In this document: positions 26,890 through 32,442 of the stretch, in pieces
How the letters are laid out: every line of letters starts with the position of its first letter
Numbering within the stretch: position 1 is the first letter of the stretch
Source: an uncultured archaeon
Lineage (GTDB): Archaea > Asgardarchaeota > Lokiarchaeia > Sigyniarchaeales > SOKP01
Direction of reading: 5' to 3'
Assembly: GCA_964632315.1 (NCBI GenBank)
Contig: CAZWEM010000011.1
Location: forward strand, 70,182 to 102,623
DNA length: 32,442 nt
Notes under the pieces: generated by a model
The model's database searches: none
What the model saw: the letters and a program-made list of their open reading frames with translations, nothing else
Told to the model about the DNA's origin: nothing
Program-made: the position numbers and the translations under genes

Positions 26890-28692
26890 ATGAAAATTGG
26901 AAGAGGCAAAATTTCGAAAAAAAAATCAGGAAATCGAGGATATTCAAGTATCTGGTTGTACATTCCAAGCAAGATCGCAAAGGATAGTGATTTTCCATTT
27001 CGAGATAAAGAAGAAGTAATGATAGAGTTAAAAGGAGAGCACATGGAAGTTAGAAAGGTATATAATTTGAGCGATCTCACCAAACCTTACGGAATTGAAG
27101 AACCTACGATTCCGAAACTCATAGAAAGCAAGGCAGTAATGAATAAAGATAAGCCTTTCATATACTTTAAGGACGAAATTTATAGCTATAACGAAACAAA
27201 TCTATTTTCAAATCGTATTGCTAACGGTCTAAAAACGCAAATTAAAAAATTAAAATTGAAAAATCCAAATATCTCCCTACTCTTTCCAAATTGTCCCGAT
27301 ACATTATTTTGCTGGTTTGCTGTTGCCAAAATTGGTGGGGTTTTTGTACCCATAAATTATCATTTAGAAGGGGATCTACTTGAATTCGTTCTACACAACA
27401 GTAAAACAAAAATTTTAATCATAGATTATAGATATTTTGATGCTGTTAATGAAATCTATAAAAAATTAACCCAGATCAAAAAAATATTCATTAAGAATGC
27501 TCCGAAAGATTTCACCTTTACTGGAAAATATGCAGATTTTTCTGAAATCTTTTCTAACAACTCTAAGAACCCCAATGATGTTATCACTAGTTTTCATCCC
27601 CTTGAGATAATGTATACTTCTGGAACAACAGGAAAACCAAAAGGGGTTTTATATAGAAATTATACTACATTGTCGGGAATTAGTGTTGGAAAGTTATTTG
27701 AAGGATCTATTTTCGACGAGGATGTTACTAAATTTTATTGTCCACTTCCTTTATTTCAAGGATTAGAAAGATACTTCTTAATAATTCCAATCATGTTTTA
27801 TGATAAGTCAATAATTATAACGGAAAATTTTGAGATAAAGACATTTTGGAACGATGTTAAAATGTATAGCCCTGAAGTGTTTTGTTATTATGGAGCTCAT
27901 CTTACAACATTAGTAAATCAACCTCCATCAACCTTAGATAGAAATCACTCAATTAAGTTCGCATTTGGCGCAGGTGCACTTAAGGAGATATGGGAATCTT
28001 TTGAACGAAGATTTGGAATACAGATTGTTGAAACTTGGGCTCTTGCTGAAGGAATTGGCATAACAATTAACAATGTGGGTTCTAAAGGTGGAAAACTAGG
28101 TTCCGTAGGAAAACCCGTTCGAGGTGTTGAGATTAAGATAGTTGATTCAGAAGGAGAAGAACTTCCTCCTGGAAGAGATAATATTGGTGAAATATGTGCT
28201 AGAACAAGACTACCCTTTGAACTAGAATATTATAACTTACAAAAAGAAACCATAACAAAAAAGAAAGATGGAAGATGGGTTTTTACAGGTGATTTTGGAT
28301 ACAAAGATCAACAAGGATTTCTCTATTATTTAGGTAGGAAGTCTGATATGATACAAAGAGAAAACGAGACTTTTTTCGCTATAGATATTGAAATTGTTGC
28401 AAATTCCCATCCACTTATTGTGGAAAGTGCTGTGTTTGAGGTCGACAACAGTTCTTTAGAAAACGAACTTAAAATATGTGCAGTGATCCAAAAAGGTGTT
28501 ACTATTACTCCTAGGGAATTTTATAAGTTTTTAAAGAAAAATTTAGCTTACTTCATGGTACCACGATATATTGAGTTCAGAGAAGAATTACCTAAAAATG
28601 CAAATGAATTGATACAGAAATTCATACTAAGGAATGAATGGAATTCAGGAGTATCATTAAAGAATACACATGATATGCTAAAAGTAGATTGA
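26890..28692 (+). CDS. AbrB/MazE-like N-terminal domain fused to a CaiC-like AMP-binding (acyl-CoA ligase) domain with degenerate catalytic motifs
   Basis: N-terminus GYSSIWLYIPSKIAKDSDFPFRDKEEVMIEL, P-loop YTSGTTGKPKGV, FTGD, GRKSD, VPRYIEFREELPK. Confidence 0.85.
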   Translation: MKIGRGKISKKKSGNRGYSSIWLYIPSKIAKDSDFPFRDKEEVMIELKGEHMEVRKVYNLSDLTKPYGIEEPTIPKLIESKAVMNKDKPFIYFKDEIYSYNETNLFSNRIANGLKTQIKKLKLKNPNISLLFPNCPDTLFCWFAVAKIGGVFVPINYHLEGDLLEFVLHNSKTKILIIDYRYFDAVNEIYKKLTQIKKIFIKNAPKDFTFTGKYADFSEIFSNNSKNPNDVITSFHPLEIMYTSGTTGKPKGVLYRNYTTLSGISVGKLFEGSIFDEDVTKFYCPLPLFQGLERYFLIIPIMFYDKSIIITENFEIKTFWNDVKMYSPEVFCYYGAHLTTLVNQPPSTLDRNHSIKFAFGAGALKEIWESFERRFGIQIVETWALAEGIGITINNVGSKGGKLGSVGKPVRGVEIKIVDSEGEELPPGRDNIGEICARTRLPFELEYYNLQKETITKKKDGRWVFTGDFGYKDQQGFLYYLGRKSDMIQRENETFFAIDIEIVANSHPLIVESAVFEVDNSSLENELKICAVIQKGVTITPREFYKFLKKNLAYFMVPRYIEFREELPKNANELIQKFILRNEWNSGVSLKNTHDMLKVD

Positions 28693-29196
28693 AACCTTCT
28701 CACTATTTCAAAAAATTCAACTTTCAATACAACTTTTTATTTTTAGTTAAGAATTATATTTCAAAATTAAATGTTAAATGAAGTAAGATCAATCTAAAGA
28801 TTATTTTCTATTAGAATTGGACTGCTTTCTTTTAAGGCTCTACCCCCATTATTAATAAAAAGTAAAGTGAGAAGCAGACACTACAATCATTATAGTTGTT
28901 TTTTTTAGAAGTTATCCTTTAAATTTAAGTGAAATTTATTAAACAAGATTATCACTTCCTCGGTTAAAAACGTACTTTTAGTATCCCCATTAGTAGATTT
29001 AACTCAAAATTTTTTTAGATAAATTTAAAAAATTTGTTTTAATTTTTCAGAAAGTAAACAAAAAGCCAGAATTTTGGAGTTTTTTATCTAATCCTCATTA
29101 TAATGAAGACTAATGGTTAATTATTGAAATTAAATTAATTATAAATTGCTTTCTGTTAAAAATTGGAAAAAGATTTAAATTGATAAATGGGATCAT

Positions 29197-29226
29197 AAAG
29201 GATTAAAGAGGTTTTTAAAATCCTTT
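29197..29226. promoter_or_regulatory. Inverted repeat upstream of the solute-binding protein gene (operator or 5'-UTR hairpin)
   Basis: AAAGGATT-N14-AATCCTTT, a perfect 8-bp arm pair, downstream of a TTTAAAT box at 29174-29180. Confidence 0.3.
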
Positions 29227-29273
29227 TTGCAAAAAACCATTTTTATTCCTAATTATATAGAAAGTGCATAAAT

Positions 29274-31067
29274 ATGAAAGCCAAAAATTATGTAATTATA
29301 ATGGCTATGTTTTTTGGTATTTCATTTCTTCTGCCAAAATTTAACTCTATCACTCCAATTGTTTTGGATAATAACTCGAGGCTTGAGCGAGATAATTTTC
29401 AGCCTAAAGCTTCTGCGGGAGTCGATCTAACTATCATTGTAACCGATCAACAATTACCTGGAGTACAAGATGTTATTGATGAATTCTTAGTTTCAGCTTA
29501 TGGTTCTGGAGTAAATAGTGTCACTGTGGAATCATCTGGTACGAATGCTAATGATCAATTCACGACATTATCAAATGCAATGATAAATAAAACTACTGAT
29601 TATGACGTAATTGGATTAGACATGACATGGTTGGCACAATTCGTAGAAAATGGATGGATTATTCCTTTTGATAGTTATTTAGAAACTGGTGAAATGGATC
29701 GATATGTTTCTGGTATGGTTGATGCTTGTGCATATAAGGGATATTATTATGCATACCCCTACTCTATGGACCTTGGTATATTATTTTATCGAAAAGATTT
29801 AATGGATAAGAATTTTGGAATTGGTATGTGGTCTGAGTCAGATTTTTCCACATGGGAAGGATTGAACATAACCGCGAACGCCATTCTTAACAATGAAACT
29901 GGTATGTTAACTATAGACGAAGCAGATTTAGTAGGATATATTGGTCAATTTGATACATACGAAAGTGGCACTGTTAACTTTTTCGAGATAAGCGAAAGTG
30001 CGGGAGTAAGCAATATGATATCCGGAAATACCGTAAATATTGCTGGAAATACAGAATTAGAACATGCAATGACTTTTTTCCAAGGATTAGCTGCACCTCA
30101 ATATACTAGTGTTCAAGGAACGCCATTCATAATTCCGAGAAATGGATTAGTGATGGATGAAGGGTCTTCTATTGGAACTTGGATTCAAAATAATTCGATT
30201 TTCATGAGACAATGGACTTTTGGCTATGAAAGCTCGCTTTACAGCGGGATAAAGTTTGGAGTTGCCCCATTGCCCCATTTTGAAGGAATAACGGGTTATA
30301 AAACCAGTTGTGTTATTGGATCATTATTAGCTATTCCGAGCTTTATAGATGAAGCTAATCAAGAAGCAGCCGTTAATCTAACTAAATTTCTAGGTTCGTC
30401 CGTTGCCCAAGAAGCAGAACTAACAGTAGTTTCAAATTTCCCCGCACTTAAATCTGTTTATAGCAACCCACCTCCAGGATTTGAATGGATTAGCAACTGG
30501 ACCGATCAAATTGATCTAACTTTTTCAAGACCCGCTGAAGTTAAGTATTCACAAATATCAAACGTAATATCGAATGAATTTAATAATATTCTTAGTGGTG
30601 GAAAAACGGTCTATAATGCTTTAAATTCAATGCAAGCAACTATAGAAGATTTATTAAAACCAGGAGATTTCACTTTAAATAGCGATGCAGAGAGTCCAGA
30701 TAAAGATGGAATATTTAATTTAATTTGGACATCTTCAATGGGAGCAGATAATTATTCTGTGTATACCTCTCTTAATTACATCACGGAAATAAATCAGAGT
30801 TTAACAATACTCGCTGAACAAAATGCAACTTCCCCATTTTCTATCTCAGGATTGGAAAACGGTACCTATTATTATGTAATTGTTGCTTATAACGAAAATG
30901 GAAACATCGTTTCAAATACTATTAAAATTATTGTTGATATTCCAGAGAAAACTCAAATTATATCTGGATATAATGAATTTCTCTTCGTAGCAATTCTTAG
31001 TTTGACCACTGGGCTCATAGTCTTCAAGCGATTAAAGATGAATTCTAATAAAAAACATAGATTATAA
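29274..31067 (+). CDS. Extracellular sugar-type solute-binding protein + FN3-like domain + C-terminal membrane anchor (Loki-CTERM-like)
   Basis: Signal peptide, SBP family 1 motifs (DVIGLDMTWLAQFVENGW, LFYRKDL, FMRQW, GVAPLP, RP), FN3-like segment (LIWT...ADNYSVY...GLENGTYYYVIVAYN), and ISGY + TM helix + basic tail. Confidence 0.87.
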   Translation: MKAKNYVIIMAMFFGISFLLPKFNSITPIVLDNNSRLERDNFQPKASAGVDLTIIVTDQQLPGVQDVIDEFLVSAYGSGVNSVTVESSGTNANDQFTTLSNAMINKTTDYDVIGLDMTWLAQFVENGWIIPFDSYLETGEMDRYVSGMVDACAYKGYYYAYPYSMDLGILFYRKDLMDKNFGIGMWSESDFSTWEGLNITANAILNNETGMLTIDEADLVGYIGQFDTYESGTVNFFEISESAGVSNMISGNTVNIAGNTELEHAMTFFQGLAAPQYTSVQGTPFIIPRNGLVMDEGSSIGTWIQNNSIFMRQWTFGYESSLYSGIKFGVAPLPHFEGITGYKTSCVIGSLLAIPSFIDEANQEAAVNLTKFLGSSVAQEAELTVVSNFPALKSVYSNPPPGFEWISNWTDQIDLTFSRPAEVKYSQISNVISNEFNNILSGGKTVYNALNSMQATIEDLLKPGDFTLNSDAESPDKDGIFNLIWTSSMGADNYSVYTSLNYITEINQSLTILAEQNATSPFSISGLENGTYYYVIVAYNENGNIVSNTIKIIVDIPEKTQIISGYNEFLFVAILSLTTGLIVFKRLKMNSNKKHRL

Positions 31068-31201
31068 AATTATCAAGATATCTTTTTTTCTATTTCTTAT
31101 TGTTCCAGTTATCAGATATTAAATACTTAGAAATGAATGAGATTCTGGTCATCATTATAAAACACATAACATACTGAAGCTAGATTAAAAACTTCAAGTT
31201 A

Positions 31202-31774
31202 TTATTGAGATTCCAAATTATTACCATATTCATTTATATGGATAATTTTTGAAAGTTCTTTTCTGGGAGGTCGCTGTTTTTCTCCTAACTTCATGTTTTC
31301 GCTCAATACAGGATTAATTTTACTAGAATGTTTACCTATAATAATAAAGGTTATAAGTCGCATTTCTTCTGGAATTCCTAAAATCTGTTTTGCTTGTTCT
31401 TCATTAAATCCAGCTATTGGATGCGCAACAAGCCCTAACTCAGTAGCTCTCAACATGATAAAAGCTACTGCAAAACCAGTATCAAATAGATAATATTGTC
31501 TCTCCTTAATCGCACAATCGAATTTTGGATTTGAAAATACTGCTATCATCATTGACGCTTTTTCAATCCAGTTATTATGTGGTGTGAGTGTCGTAAAAAG
31601 TTTTCGTAGTTGTTCTTCTTTATAGACAAATATAAAACGCCAAGGCTGATTATTACTGCATGAAGGGGCTATTTGGGCTACATGAGCAAAATCAAAAATC
31701 AAATCATCATTTATTTCAATTGGTTCTAATGACCTATATGCTCTTCTATTTTCTATTGCTTCTTTAACGTCTAT
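31202..31774 (-). CDS. Nitroreductase family protein; probable start ATA at 31774 rather than TTG at 31702
   Basis: APSCSNNQPWRF, DTG, RATELGL, IAGF. The upstream in-frame extension (I)DVKEAIENRRAYRSL supplies the conserved N-terminal RRxxR motif. Confidence 0.88.
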   Translation of the reverse strand: MDVKEAIENRRAYRSLEPIEINDDLIFDFAHVAQIAPSCSNNQPWRFIFVYKEEQLRKLFTTLTPHNNWIEKASMMIAVFSNPKFDCAIKERQYYLFDTGFAVAFIMLRATELGLVAHPIAGFNEEQAKQILGIPEEMRLITFIIIGKHSSKINPVLSENMKLGEKQRPPRKELSKIIHINEYGNNLESQ

Positions 31775-31859
31775 TTTACATCACCCTTTAAATTAAATTA
31801 TTATAATAAAGTTTACAAAATTACTGTCTATCCTACTAACATTAAGAAAGAATAAAAAA

Positions 31860-32342
31860 TTAATCATTTAATTCTATTAATTTTGATTTTACTTCCTCGG
31901 CATGTCCTTTTACACTTACTTTAGGCCATATGTAAGCAATTTTACCCTCTGAGTCGATTAAATAAGTACTTCGAATTACACCATTGTAAGTTTTACCTTT
32001 AAACTTCTTTAATCCCCAGGCACCATAATTCTTGAGTACATTTTTTTCTTCATCACTAAGTAATGTTACCTTCAAACTTTTCTTTTCAATGAATTTTCCG
32101 TGTGATTCTGGGCTATCTGGGCTCACTCCTATAACGGTTGCATCTAATTTTTCTAATTCTGGTAATATTCCTGTAAATCCTATCGCTTCTGTAGTGCAGC
32201 CCGGAGTATTATCCGCTGGATAGAAATATAATATCACGTTTTTACCCACATATTCTTTAAGGCATACTTCATAATTATCCTTATCTGGTAAACAGAAATC
32301 AGGTGCCTTATCTCCAATTTTTAATTCGTTTTTTTCAGACAT
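31860..32342 (-). CDS. bcp: Peroxiredoxin, BCP/PrxQ family (likely 1-Cys type)
   Basis: GDKAPDF, YFYPADNTPGCTTEA, GVSPD, LLSD, RSTYLID, GHAEEV. No resolving Cys at the CxxxxC position. Likely ATG start at 32342 (MSEKNEL). Confidence 0.9.
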   Translation of the reverse strand: MSEKNELKIGDKAPDFCLPDKDNYEVCLKEYVGKNVILYFYPADNTPGCTTEAIGFTGILPELEKLDATVIGVSPDSPESHGKFIEKKSLKVTLLSDEEKNVLKNYGAWGLKKFKGKTYNGVIRSTYLIDSEGKIAYIWPKVSVKGHAEEVKSKLIELND

Positions 32343-32442
32343 TTTTATTTCTTTAATTATTAATTGCAAATATCTATCAAGAACAAATAATTTGAATCTT
32401 CAACTTATTAAATATCGATAAATTTAGCCAGACTATTAAGGA

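Noticed and set aside
20465-32223. ORFs 20465-20653, 20526-20708, 25869-26054, 26820-27083, 31293-31493, 32032-32223
   Set aside because: Antisense or out-of-frame overlaps with confident genes.

Overview
A strongly AT-rich, gene-dense prokaryotic window with about 26 CDS and no rRNA, tRNA or CRISPR that I can see. The gene content points to an Asgard archaeon, probably Lokiarchaeia (inference): a Rag/Arf-like small GTPase, two longin/uDENN-like domains, an LRR protein, three PAS histidine kinases, hdrCBA with no methanogenesis genes in the window, and a surface protein with a Loki-CTERM-like anchor. Housekeeping and metabolic genes include cysE-cysK, a Rieske oxygenase, a HAD phosphatase, a CDP-alcohol phosphatidyltransferase, endonuclease V, YyaL/SPATA20, a nitroreductase and a BCP peroxiredoxin. 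Best candidates for new biology: (1) an apparent operon of small GTPase, MASE3-PAS histidine kinase and a response regulator whose output domain resembles the C9orf72/NPRL2/SMCR8-type uDENN/longin fold, suggesting two-component phosphorelay coupled to a eukaryote-like GTPase switch; (2) an AbrB-like DNA-binding domain fused to an acyl-CoA ligase that has lost its catalytic lysine; (3) a restriction-endonuclease-like domain fused to a longin domain; (4) an unannotated intergenic G-rich repeat unit at about 11.95-12.11 kb (sRNA, G-quadruplex or 42-aa peptide). All domain calls are by-eye motif recognition; no database searches were run.
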